The notes under the pieces: model-generated | What the model was told of the DNA's origin: nothing | Seen by the model: the letters and a program-made list of their open reading frames with translations, nothing else | The model's database searches: none | DNA from: Mobula hypostoma | Lineage: Eukaryota | Assembly: GCF_963921235.1 (NCBI RefSeq) | Contig: NC_086108.1 | Location: 42,038,001-42,102,000, forward strand | Direction: 5' to 3' | Length of the DNA: 64,000 nucleotides | Made by a program: the position numbers and the translations under genes | Shown: one piece after another, positions 1 to 12,250 of the stretch | How positions within the stretch are numbered: the first letter of the stretch is position 1 | How the letters are laid out: each line of letters begins with the position of its first letter

Positions 1-95
1 TCACAACCGAATGAAACGCTTATTCAAAGAGATTGCGATGGACAGTATGACCAGCGGCCATCCTAGAGAAAGGAAAACAGGGTTAACATGTAAAA

Positions 96-372
96 CACAT
101 CAAAGTTGCTGGTGAACGCAGCAGGCCAGGCAGCATCTATAGGAAGAGGCGCAGTCGACGTTTCAGGCCGAGACCCTTCGTCAGGACTAACTGAAGGAAG
201 AGTGAGTAAGGGATTTGAACACACGTCACTCTTCCTTCAGTTAGTCCTGACGAAGGGTCTCGGCCTGAAACGTCGACTGCGCCTCTTCCTATAGATGCTG
301 CCTGGCCTGCTGCGTTCACCAGCAACTTTGATGTATGTTGCTTGAATTTCCAGCATCTGCAGAATTCCTGTT
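96..372. mobile_element. Fold-back Penelope-like element insertion #1 (inverted 3' ends; tailed arm on +)
   Basis: Arm ~96-205 pairs with 226-~335 across a 20-nt loop. Extra tail ...gaatttccagcatctgcagaattcctgttgtt on the right arm only. TSD gttaacatgtaaaa at 82-95 and 373-386. Confidence 0.9.
243..278 (+). ncRNA. Minimal type I hammerhead ribozyme motif (mirror copy at 153-188 on -)
   Basis: agtc-CTGACGA-agggtctcggcct-GAAA-cgtc/gact: core boxes CUGANGA and GAAA, stem I agtc:gact, palindromic acgt stem III, predicted GUC cleavage after 274. Confidence 0.75.
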
Positions 373-1825
373 GTTAACATGTAAAATTGTGGTTTTTGCT
401 GTTATTTTAAATCACAGCTAGGCGATAGAGTTTAAGTTGCGAGGTTTTTAAGGGACAACAAGAGAAAAGGTGAAGATTCGAACCACAATGGAAATCGGGA
501 AAGTTTAAATGACCAAAAGGACTGGGACGAGTGAAGAAATAGGAGCGTTTTGAGGAGGTACAAATGGGTGAAGCAGAACAGTCTCGCCGACAGCTGCAGT
601 AGTGGCTAAACATGTACAATCTACAACGAAGACAACGCGGTAGAAATCGGAGAAGGAAAAATAAACATGAAGAAATAAGTGGTGATGATGTGAAGTTTGA
701 ACGAGATAAAAAGAAACGAACAGAGGGGTCGCGTGGAAGAGTGGCTTGAAGGGAGTGGGTAATGGATGATTAAAAGTGAATTGGGGCGTTATGGAGGATA
801 CTCCGTAGGTCAACTTTAAATGGCACCTCCATTTATCTTCCTACAGAGGCTGCCGGATTCACCAAATATTTCCAGCATTTTCGGCCCTTGTTTTAGATTT
901 TTTTTATTGTCGTGCAAGATTACTTTATAGGTTTGATAGAGAGGTGAGCATAATTGCATGTGAAATCACACTAAGAATGCTGGGGATGACTGAGGATGAT
1001 TTCACTGCGATATTGGGAAGCAAGAAAATCATTCCTGATTTATGGGAAGAGATGAGAGTGACAGGTAGCGGACCCTGTAGGATAAAATTCTCAACTGCGG
1101 TCCGAAGGACTAATACGTAACAGAATGCACCATGTGACTAAATGAGATGAAGACAAGTGAAAGGATTAGCGTTCTGAAGAGAAGCAAATTACAAGTGGCA
1201 GTCTTTGGGCTTTCACTTGGTAGTCTTCACTCGATAATTGTTGACAACAAACTTCCGGTAGAGTTACAGAGAAGTCAAAGAAAATAATGCAAGATTCTGT
1301 GAAATTGTGTTCACAGTGAGGACAAGAAATAAATGATGGTCAACTATTCTTAAAAGTGAGAGATGGGATCCCTGTTGAACCCGAGCAAAGAATTTATCCC
1401 ACGTGTAGGCAGGCGTAGATACACTCGCAAGTTGCCATAGCAACAGCTTTTATGTGGAGATCTTAACGAGAATCAAAGGAGACGTTGTTCAAAGCAAGAA
1501 CTAATTCATTAAGGTAGAGGAGGACAACGGTGATCGTTTTGAATTTATTGAGTTTCTGTTCAAGAAAGAATTAGACTGCCTGGCTTTCCTGATTGTAGAG
1601 TAATACTGGAGGCCAAGAGAAAAAGGAGACAATTAGAAACTGTACCAAAGAGCATTGGGTATATTAGCTGGTATAAGCTGAATCAAAGGAAGAGAGGGTT
1701 TAAAACAGAAGGAAGAAATAAATTCTAAGAACAAGAATAGGCTTTGGTTGCGACGACAAGATCAGTCACACTTGTCACCTCAGGAAGAGGGATGGTAGTA
1801 GCCAAGTGAGTTTGAGAAGATCGAG

Positions 1826-2063
1826 CAACACACATCAAAGTTGCTGGTGAATGCAGCAGGCCAAGCAGCATCTATAGGAAGAGGCGCAGTCGACGTTTCA
1901 GGCCGAGACCCTTCGTCAGGACTAACTGAAGTTAGTCCTGACGAAGGGTCTCGGCCTGAAACGTCGACTGCGCCTCTTCCTATAGATGCTGCTTGGCCTG
2001 CTGCGTTCACCAGCAACTTTGATGTGTGTTGCTTGAATTTCCAGCATCTGCAGAATTCCTGTT
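1826..2063. mobile_element. Fold-back Penelope-like element insertion #2
   Basis: Near-perfect palindrome 1826-1927 / 1930-2031 (2-nt loop, one mismatch seen) plus a ~35-nt tail on the right. TSD gtttgagaagatcgag at 1810-1825 and 2064-2079. Confidence 0.92.
1934..1969 (+). ncRNA. Minimal hammerhead ribozyme motif (mirror copy at 1888-1923 on -)
   Basis: Identical to the motif at 243-278. Confidence 0.75.
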
Positions 2064-2208
2064 GTTTGAGAAGATCGAGAACAGGTCTGTCTATATTGGA
2101 TAGATTGAGTCTATATGAACTCAAAATAAGAAAGATACAATCACTCTGATGCGATTATACCACACAACCCCCTCCATCCAATAGTTATCAGGACATTGAG
2201 GAACACAT

Positions 2209-3429
2209 TGTCATGGTCCAGTCCATGAAGTCTGCATTCCAGTTCACAGTCCAGTCCATTGATCCTTTTTCTGGGTTTTCCAGTTTTCTCCCTTGTTCTG
2301 TTGGGTGCCTTAATTGAGGCACGTGATTCTCATTTTGGTCTGGCACATAAATACCTCTGCAAACCAGGTACTGTTTGCTGGACTGTTCCCTTCTGCCTGA
2401 AACCTTGTCAGTATTCCTGTCAAGTTCAACTGCTGGAGTGAGACTGGAGCCTTGTCTTGCCATGCCAAGATAAGGAACTATCTATTGTTGAGTTTGGAAC
2501 TGTATCTTTGTGCCCTTGTGTTTAGTGTCTGTGTCTAAGATGAGAGTCCTGGCCCTATGTCCTGTTCCCAAGGAGGGTTCCTGGCTCTGTGTTCCATCTT
2601 CCTGTGTTTCAAGTCCAAGGCTCTGTATTCCTGTGCTCAAACCTAAGGCTCTGTGCTCCTGTGCTCCAAGAACAAGTCCATGTGCTGTGTTCCATCCCTG
2701 GCGAAGTCTGAGCTTTGTGTCCTCATCCAGTTCTGGTGCCTTGCCCAGCCTGGTGCTGGAGATTCCTTGTCCTGTGCCGGATTGCCCCATCTGAATCCTT
2801 GGCAGTCATCCTGTCCCTGTGCTCTGAGGAGGGGGTCCTGTACCTGCATCCAAGAGCCTAACCAAGCTGAGTCCAAGAGCCATGTCCTGTGCTGGAGATT
2901 CCTTGCCCAGCCCAGAAGTACCTCACCCAGCCTGGTGCTGGGGTTCCCACGTCCTGTCCAAGCCATGTCCAAGAACCTTGTCCTGTCCAAGCCAAGGCTT
3001 TGTGTTCTTGTCCTGTCCATGTGCCTCGTCCTGTGCAGGAATTCCATGTCCAGTCCTGTAGCCACATACTGTACTTGCCAGGATCCTAGTCCCGAGTCCT
3101 AGCCTCAACCTGGGTTCTGGTTCCAAGTCAAGACCCAGGTTCCAAGTCCCAACCAAGACCCAGGTTCCAGGTCCTTGTCCAAACTCTGGTTCTGGAGTTC
3201 CAAGTTCCTAGTCCAGGCTCCTTGTTCCTCGTTCCATGTCTGGGTTCTGTGCTTCTGGCCCAAGTCCTAGCCCAGGCCCTGAATCCTAGTCTCGTCCAGG
3301 GCCTGTGTCAATGTCCAGTGTTGTTTCTTCCTGACTCCCCCTGCTTTCTTGCCAAACCTAGTCCTGTTCCTAGAACTGTAGTGTCTCTGTCTTGCATTTG
3401 GGTCTGCCATCAATGCCCCCTGTGTAACA
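2209..3429 (+). mobile_element. Solo LTR (~1.2 kb, probably Gypsy-type) with internal degenerate tandem repeats
   Basis: TG...CA termini (tgtcatgg...tgtaaca) and 5-bp TSD cacat at 2204-2208 and 3430-3434. TATA-like ataaata near 2347. Repeated units such as cccagcctggtgctgg and ccaagacccaggttcc. Interrupts a CR1 endonuclease region. Strand is tentative. Confidence 0.8.
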
Positions 3430-4465
3430 CACATGTAGGAAGATTAGAAAAAGGTATAAAAACAACAGGGATGTTGTAATGGGCAACTTCAGATTCCCTA
3501 ATATATATTGAGACCTCCTTAGAAGACTTGGACAGGGCAAAATTTATTAGGTGAAGCCAGGAGAGCTTCTTAAATCAAGAGGTAGATAGACAAAGGAGAG
3601 AAGGACCATACTGGGCCTGGTATTGGGTAATGGGCCTGGCCAGGTGACTGATCTTTCAGTGGGGAAACAGTTGAGGAATAGTGATCACAACTCCTTAAAA
3701 TATAAAAAAAACTTTTAAGATAGCCATAAATAACAATAAGTATTGATTTTGTAGGAGAATATTAAACAGCAGCAGGGCAAATTGCAAGAATATTAAGCAG
3801 GATCTAGGGAGAGCTCAGTGGAAGCAGATGTTTTTGGGCAAGTCCACATCTGACATGTGGAGGGTGTTTAAAGACCCACTGCACAGAGCACAGGAAAGGT
3901 GTGATCAAGTAAGAGAGAAGGACATGAATGTCAATGTAAGGAAACTTAGATGTTGAAAGAGGCGGTGAATTTAGTTAAGGATGAAAAAGAAATATATAAG
4001 GTTTAGGAAACTAAAATCAAACAGAGACCTTGAGGATTATAAAGAAGCCAGAAATGGGCTCACAAAGGGAAGTAGGAGAACAGGAAGAGCCATGAAAAGT
4101 CCTTGGAAAGTAGGATTAAAGAGAATGCCAAGATATTCTATACAGATTTTAAGAACAAGAGAATAACTGGGGAGCAAGTAGGACTACTCAAAGATAAAGG
4201 ATGGAATGTGTTTGGAGGTGGAGGATATGGGAGAGTCCTAAATGAGTACTTGGCATCAGTAATTACCAAGTAGAAGGACATGGAGGATTGGGAGATCAGT
4301 ACAGAGTGTGCTAATTTGCTAGGACATTTCAAGATAAAGGAGGAGGTAGGGTCTCTTAAATAATATTAAGATGGAGAACATTAAGATAAATAAGTCTCCA
4401 GTGCCTGATGGGTATACCCCAAGTTACTAAGAGAGATAAGAGATGAGATTGCTGGGACCTAGACT

Positions 4466-5070
4466 GTGGGTGGCATGGTAGCATAGCCATGAATGTAAAG
4501 CTGTAACAGCGTCAGTGACCCATGTTTAATTCCCGTCACTGCCTGTAAGGAGTTAGTACATTCTCCCCATTGCTCCTGTTCCCTCCCACATTCAAACTTG
4601 AATTGACTTTATCTTTTATATCCTTCACATACATGAGTAAAAATCTTTATGTTACCTCTCTAACTAAATGTGCAATTTATTGTAATTTGTAGTAAATAGT
4701 ATGTACAACAGGACAGTCAATACAGCATAGGAATACAATTGTATCATCGTGAATTAATCAGTCTGATGGCCTGTTGGTCCTGGCTTTTATGCTGTGGTAC
4801 CGTTTCCCGGATGGTAGCAGCTGGAACAGTTTGTGGTTGGGGTGACTCAGGTCCCCAATGATCCTTCAAGCCCTTTTTACACACCTGTCTCTGTAAATGT
4901 CCTGAATAGTGGGAAGCTCACATCTGCACCACTCTCTGCGGAGTCCTGCGATTGAGGGAGAGGCGCACAGGTTTGCAGGTTAATTGGTCACGTGGATGTA
5001 AATGGGTGGCATGTGCTCATTGGGTCAGCAGGGCCTATTTCCGTGCTGTATCTCTAAATAAATAAATACA
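4466..5070 (+). mobile_element. tRNA-derived V-SINE-like element with an internal insertion (~4594-4960)
   Basis: 5' ggtggcatggtagcatag (A-box-like), gtttaattcc (B-box-like), body tgtaaggagttagtacattctcccc, CR1-like 3' end and (taaa)n tail. Confidence 0.6.
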
Positions 5071-7449
5071 TAAAATATCTTTGTGTCCTCTTTAGTCACT
5101 GATGAGGTCCTGGAGTCCTGATGAATAGCAAATGTTGTTCCATTATTCAAGTAGGGAATTGGGAAGAACCCTGGAAAACATAGACCAGCAAGTTTCACAT
5201 ACATTGGAGGGAAGGTGCTGGAGAGGATTCTTACGGATAGGATTTATGAGCATTTGGAAAATAATGGACTAATTAGGTAGGTCAGCATGGTTTTGTGTGG
5301 GGCAATTCATGTCTTACTAAATTGATAGTTTTTTTGAGGAAGTGTGAGAAGAGCTGTGGAATCAGAATTAGTTTTATTGTCATTAACATATGTCATTAAA
5401 TTTCTTTCACGGCAACAGCACAGGACAAGACAGAAACATTGTTTTAAGCTACAAAAATAGGTAAACAGCAGCAGAGACAAATAACAAGATACAGTAGTGC
5501 TTAAAGACCACTCAGAAATCTGATGACTGAGGGCAAGAAGCTGTTCTTAAAACATTGAGTGTGGGCATTTAGGCTCCTGTACCTCCTCCCTGATGGTAAT
5601 AATGCACAGAGAGCATGTCCTGGATGGTGAGGGACTTTAATGATGGATGTCACCTTCTAGAAACATTGTTCCTTGAAGATGTCCCTGATGGCTAGGAGGG
5701 TAGTGTCCATGGTGGAACTGTCTACATGGATTTTAGTAAGGTATTTGACAAGGTTCCTCACGGGAGCCTCATTCAAAAGATTAAGATGCATGATTAGAAT
5801 CCAAGATAAATTGCCCATTTGGATTCTGAAGTGTTTTGCCCAGAGAAAACAGAAGGTAGCGGTCAATGAGACTTACTATGGCTGAAGATCTGTGACTAGT
5901 GATGTTCCACAGAGGTTGTAGTAGAACTTCTGTTTATGATATATATATATGACTTGCATGAAAATGTAGTTAGGTGGATTGTAAATTTGCAGATAATATG
6001 AAAATTGGTGGTATTCTGGATAGTGTAGAAGACTGGCAGAGGACACAGTAGGACAAAGATAGGTTGCAAATATGGGTGGAGAAATGGCAGATGGAGTTTA
6101 ACCCAACCAGATATGAAGTTTTGCACTCTAAGAAATCAAATATAAAGGAACAGTACACTGTTAATGGCAATGTTGATGTGCAGAAATTTTCAAGTCCAAG
6201 ATTTTGCTCCCTGAAAGTGATTCAACAGGTTGATAGGATTAAGAAGGCATATGGCATGCTTGTCTTTATTTGTCAATGAATTGAGTTCAAGAGTTCAGAA
6301 GTTGTGTTGCAAATTTAATAAAACCCTTGAGTAGGCCACATTTGAAAAATTATATTTAATTCTGGTCACCCCATTGTAGGAAGGATGTTGAGGCTTTGGA
6401 GAAGGTGCAGAAGAGGTTTACCAGGATGCTGCATGGATTAGAGGGAAAGTGCTATAAGAGATTGGACAAATTTGGCTTGTTTTCTCCGGAGTGGGGGAGG
6501 CTTGAGTGAGATCTGACAGAGGTTTGTAAGATTATGAGATAAGTAGATAATGTAGACAAAGCATCTTTTCCCAGGGTTGAAATGTCTAAAACTAGAGGGA
6601 ATGCATTTAAAGTGAGAGTGGTTAAGTTCAAAGGAAATGTGCAGGGCAAGCTTTTTCTTTACAGAGTGCTGTGAGTGCCTGGAATGCACTGTGGATTGGT
6701 AGTAGAGGCTGTTTACAACTCATGTTCTCAGTATCATCTTTATTTGTAGTTTGTCTTTCATTTGCAAAGTGGTATTTTGTAGTTTTTGTCTGTATGTATA
6801 ACTTTTCATAAAATTCTGTTGGATTTCTTTTTTTCCCTGTACGTCCCTACAAGAAAATAAATATCAAGGTAATATATGCTGACATATACATACTTTGATC
6901 ATAAATTTACCTTGAATTTTGAAATATGATGTTCAAAAGGCTCTGAAATAAGCACGTGAGTGTGCTGGAAAAGCAAAGGATATGGGGATATGTAGACAGG
7001 GCATTTTATTTCTTGGTCGTTGTAAATTGTCTCGTGATCAAGTTCATGGATCGAAGGGCCAGAAGATCCCACTGTGTGTCATATCACTAAGATAAATAAT
7101 TTATTTAGTTCAGCACAGCAATGTGCACTGCTCCTGTGCAGTGCTGTTCCATGTTTTAGGTAATTTTCTAGCCAAGCTCTTCAATAGAGAGGCCAGTGAT
7201 GTCCAGAAAACAACAATGTAATATTCAGTGATGGGTCACAATCTAGGGAAAGGGCATGGTTGATGTTTATCATGATCAAGGTCCACTTGGCATTCAACAG
7301 TGCATTTATTGGCAGCAGATGCATTAACAATATCAGATTGGCCCATTAATTGTCTTCTCATTATATTCATTATTCTAAATACATCCTGCTTGGGATGATT
7401 TAGAACACAAGTTGTGGGCGATCATAAGTGCTACACTGTAGATAAAGAT

Positions 7450-8025
7450 AACTTTGTTGAGCACCTTCACTCCATCTGCCAAAACAGCCATGTTTTCCCA
7501 GCTTACAACCATTTTAATTCCACTTTCATTCCCACAATGGCATGTCTGTCCACAAACTCCTCTCTTCCCAAGTTGAAGCTAACTCCAGATTAGAGGAACA
7601 GCACGTCATATTCTGTCTTGGAAGTCTCCACCCAATGACAGCATCTGTATTGATTTCACTGACTTCTGATGACCATTCTCCCTGTTCCCAACATCCCATT
7701 TGTTTTCCCTTATCCCAAAGCCCCCAATCCCCCTTCTCATTTGCTTCTCCTGCTCACTTGATCTGCCTCTCACCCAGATTCTTCCCTCTAGTTCCCTACC
7801 TCCTTTGCTTTATTCCACGGCTCACTGTCGTGTCCTATCAGATTCCACCTTCTTCAGCTCTTTTCCCCCTTTCTTCAATCACTCCCATCTTATTCCCACT
7901 CCCAACCCCCAGCTGTCTCTCCTCACCTGGGCTCACTAATCATTTGGCAGCTCGTGTTCCTCCACACCCCCCCCCACCCTTTTACTCCGAGCCCTGCCCA
8001 CTTTCTATACAGTCTTGATATAGGG
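7450..8025 (+). mobile_element. Old Penelope-like element 3' fragment (GIY-YIG C-terminus plus pyrimidine-rich UTR)
   Basis: ORF 7542 reads MSVHKLL...RLEEQHVIFCLGSLHP, similar to the other PLE copies in the window. Confidence 0.7.
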
Positions 8026-8160
8026 TGAGAGGGAGAGACTTTTTCTTGCTCTGGAGAAAGATCACCAACTTTCAAGGTCTCAAAGCTGCCTTAAAGTCAG
8101 TATTGTTGCAGTCAAAACTTCACAAACAACATGACAGCATCAGTGACTGGAAATTACTCG

Positions 8161-8525
8161 ATGGCTAATGATGAGAGGCATTGACCATGTTGATAGTCAG
8201 AGGCTTTTTCCTAGGGTTGAAATGGCCAACATGAGATGGCACAGTTTTAAGGTGTTTGAAAGTAGATACAGAGGAGATGTCAGGGGTAAGTTGTTTTTTT
8301 TAAAAAAAAAACGCAGAGTGGTGAGTACATGGATTGGGCTGCCAGCAATGGTGGTGGAGGTGGATACAATAGGGTCTTTTAAGAGACTCTTGGATAGGTA
8401 CATGGAGTTTAGAAAAGCAGGGCTATTGGTAACCCTCGATAATTTCTAAATTAAGTACATGTTCGGCACAGCATTGTGGGCCGAAGGGCCTGTATTGTGC
8501 TGTAGGTTTTCTATATTTCTATGAC
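8161..8525 (+). mobile_element. CR1 3' terminal fragment
   Basis: MRGIDHVDSQRLFPRV...RVVSTWIGLP; 3' end gggccgaagggcctgtattgtgctgtaggttttctat. Confidence 0.85.
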
Positions 8526-9604
8526 TCAATGGAAAAGAAAATTAGCTACACAGAAACCTGAAGGCCATTAAAATGGAAAGTCTATGACTTCAAGAACAGA
8601 AGGCTTGTGGCAGAAAATTAGGATATCCAGCAACTCACTGTTAATAACCTATAGACAAGATATTCAATTACCCATCCTGCTGAAACCAAAGAATGACAAA
8701 AAGGTATAACATATTGATGCCTGCTAGAAGGAACACTTGAAAGAAGAGCGGTGACATTATACCAGAAAAGTGTCTTCCATTCTACAGTAAAATATCCAAA
8801 GGTTTATTTTATTGTCAAAGTATGTATGCAGAATACAACTGAGATTTGACTTTTCCAGATAGCCACAAAATACAGAAAGCCATAGAAATAATTGACAGGA
8901 AGACATCAATTCCCCCCTGCACAAAAAGAAAAAGAAAACAAAAACAAAAACTTGCAAACCCCAAAACCCCCCCCACCCCTCCCTTACACAAAATCTAACA
9001 GATCACCCAAATTCCCAGCCTGCCAATCGGTAAAAAGAATGGTCAAGAACACACAAAAAAATCATGTAGAACTAAAAGTACTAAAAGATCCAGTCCAGCC
9101 TCAATCTCCTGACTGATGAAGTCAGGAAGTTCACATGCCAACAGTTAACAAGAAGTTCTTGTGAGCCAGTGATATTTCCTCTGAAGTTATAAAACTTGGC
9201 AGAGAGGAACTTCAGTCACAAATTCACCTCATCTTCCATGTCTGGGAAACAAAGGGCATGAGATTTATTGTTAGTTATCACAACCATCTAATTAGCCTTG
9301 TACTGGAAACATCTGTCCATGATAAATACAGCATGGATCCTCAAAATTCATCTGCCCCACTGGCCAAAGAACTAGCCCCTGGAATCATTGTGTGAATTCT
9401 ATAGGCAGAATGGACATGATCCTCACCTGACATCAGTGAAAATGTAGAGAGCAAAATCGACAGCTAGATCTTTTCTGACCCCTTAAAAACACTGACTCCA
9501 TCATCTGAGAGATTCCCTGCAGAAATTCTTTTTCATTTTTTGTCTTTGAAATTATGGCGAACTAGCATTGATCACAACCGAGATCTATTCTGATCTGTTT
9601 CTGA

Positions 9605-12250
9605 AATTCAGGGAGTAAAGAAGGAGGGGAATAACTACAGGGACTAATCTGTCAGATCAACGCAAAAATAATCACAGCAAATGGTGGGCCAAAGTATAGA
9701 CAGATCAGAATTTGAAAGGGAGAAGTTAAACTTAGTGGAGTAAGGGGAATTACAGAGACATGAGAGAGAAGCTGGGAAAAGTTGAAGGGGACACTAGGGA
9801 TGACGTCAGAAAAGCAATAGCTGGAGCTCAGGGAGAAATTTGGAAGGTGCGAGATAAATATATACCAAACATGTAGACATTTTCTAAAGGGAGGATGAGG
9901 CAACCGTGAGTGACAGGGGAAGTCAAAGATAGCATAAAATCAAGAGAGGGCATATAATAGAGTAAAAAGTAGTGAAAGCTTTTAAAAATCAACAGAAAGC
10001 AACTAAAAAAGCCCCAAGGAGAGAAAAGATGATACATGGAAATAAGCTAGCCAATACTATAAAAGGGGATACCAGAAGTTTTTTCAGACATATAAGGAGT
10101 GAAAGAGAGGCGAGAGTGGATATTAGACCACTGAAAGAGTAGTAATGGGGGCCAAAGAAATGGCGTACAAACTTTTGCATTTTGTATTTTGCATCAGTCT
10201 TCATTGTGGAAGACACTAGTGGTATGCCAGAAATGTGAGAGTGACAGAGGGCAGAAGTGAGTGCCATTGCTATTAGTAAGGAGAAGTTGCTTGGGAAGCT
10301 GAAAGGTCGGAAAGTAGATAAGTCACCTAGACATGGACTACACACCAAGGTTCTGAAAGAGACAGCTGAAGAGATTGTGCAGGCATTAGTAACAATCCTT
10401 CAAGAATCATGAGATTCTGGAATGGGTCTGGAGGACTGGAAAATTGCAAATGTCACTCCACTCTTTAAGAAGAGGTGGGGAGGCAGAAGAAAGGATACTA
10501 TAGGCCAGTTAGCTTAAACTTCAGTGGTTGGGAAATTGTTGGAGTCCATTATTAAGGATGAGGTTTCAGGGTACATGGAGACAATAGACAATAGGTGCAG
10601 GAGTCGGCCATTCAGCCCTTCGAGCCAGCACCACCATTCACTGTGCTCATGGCTGATCATCCACAATCAGTACCCTGTTCCTGCCTTCTCCCATATCCCT
10701 TGACTCCACTATCTTTAAGAGCTCTATCTAACTCTTTCTTGAAAGAATCCATAGAATTGGCCTCCACTGACTTCTGAGGCAGAGCATTCCACAGAATCAC
10801 AACCCTGTGTGGAAAAACTTTTTCCTCAACTTCGTTCTGAATGGTCTACCCCTTATTCTTAAACTGTGGCCTCTGGTTCTGGACTCCCTCAACATCGGGA
10901 ACATGTTTCCTGCCTCTAGCGTGTCCAATCCCTTAATAATTTTGTGTTTCAATCAGATCCCCTCTCATCCTTCTAAATTCCAGTGTATACAAGCCCAGTC
11001 GCTCCAGTCTTTCAACATATGACATTCCCAACAGACACATGATAAAATTGGCCAAAGTCAGCATGGTTTCCTTAAGAGAAAACCTTTGAAGAAATAACAA
11101 TCAGGACAGATGAAGGAAAGTCGATGTTGTATACTTGGGTTTTCAGAAGGCCTTTAACAAGGTGCCGCACATGTGGCTGCTTAAAAAGAGCCCATGGTTT
11201 TGCAGGAGAGATACTAGCATGGAAAGAAGATTGGCTGACTAGTAGGAGGCAAAGAGTGGGAATCAAGGGGGCCTTTACTGGTTGGATGTCAGTGACTAGT
11301 GGTGTTTCGCAAAGGTTGGTGTTGGGAATGCTTCTTTTCATGTTATGTCAATGATTTGGATGAGGAAATTGATGGCTTATTGACCAAGTTTTCAGACAAT
11401 ATGAAGGTAGGTGGATGGGCAGGTAGCATTGAGGAAGCAGGGAGTCAGATTGGGAGAATGGCCAAAAAGATGGAAGTGAAATATAGTGCAGGGAAGTGTA
11501 TTGTCAAGCACTTAGTAGAAGGAATAAAGGCGTAGACTATTTTCTAAATGGGGAGAAAATTTAAAAAGTCGGAGGTGCAAAGGGACTTGGGAGTTCTTGT
11601 GCAAGATTTCCTAAAGGTTAACTTGCAGTTTGAGTTGGTGGTAGGGAAGGCAAATGCAATGTTAACATTCATTTCAAGAGGGCTAGAATATAAAAGCAAG
11701 AATATAATGGTGAGGCTTTATAAGGCATTGATCAGACTGTACTTGGGGTATTGTGAGCAGTTTTTAAGCCTCTTATCTAAGAAAAGATGTGCTGGCATTG
11801 GAGATGGTCCAGAGGAAGAGAATGAAGAGTGTTTGATGGCTCTGAGCCTATACTCGCTGGAGTTTAGAAACATGAGGAGAGACCTCATTGAAACCTATCT
11901 AATATTGAAAGGCCTAGATAGAGTAGATGTGGAAAGGATGTTTCCTGTTGTGGGGGAGTCTGGAACCAGAGGGCACAGCCTCAGAATAGAGGAACTTCCA
12001 TTTAGTACAAAGATGAGGATGAATTTCAGAGGGTAGTGAATCTGTGGAATTCGTTACCACAAACAGATGTGGAGGCCAATTCATTGGGTATACTTAAAGT
12101 GGAGGTTGACAGGTCCTTAATTGGTCAAGGTATCAAAGATTACAGGGAGAAGGCAGGAGAATGGGGTTGAGAGGGATAATAAATCAGCCATGATGAAAAG
12201 GCTGAGCAGACTTGATGGGGTGAATACCCTAATTCAGCTCCTAACCTTAT
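9605..12250 (+). mobile_element. Degenerate 5'-truncated CR1 LINE with an antisense CR1 3' fragment inserted at ~10580-11030
   Basis: RT motifs (VTSGVSQ, YVNDLDEEIDG...KFSDNMKVGG, QRDLGVLVQ). The inserted piece begins with acaatagacaataggtgcaggag, a reversed CR1 tail. Confidence 0.85.

Larger units (their letters stand above)
2150..7070 (+). mobile_element. Degenerate CR1 LINE ORF2 (endonuclease to 3' end), interrupted by the solo LTR, a SINE and other fragments
   Basis: Decayed CR1 motifs: VMGNF, EQLRNSDHNSL, DKSPVPDG, QHGFVWG, MQIWVEKWQMEFNP, KAYGMLVFI, QKRFTRMLHGL. Many stops and frameshifts; boundaries approximate. Confidence 0.85.

Noticed and set aside
106..325. Recurrent 'MLVNAAGQAASIGRGAVDVSGRDPSSGLT' ORFs on both strands (also at 1780-2149 and 19857-20210)
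   Set aside because: They are antisense readings of the non-coding PLE terminus, mirrored by the palindrome. They begin at TTG and have no support as genes.
2482..3479. Overlapping Cys/Pro-rich ORFs, or a CRISPR-like repeat array
   Set aside because: They lie inside a solo LTR. The repeats are degenerate and irregular with no unique spacers, and the context is a vertebrate genome.
8525..9600. Possible RTE-type LINE remnant
   Set aside because: Only faint motif resemblance; too decayed to call or delimit without an HMM search.
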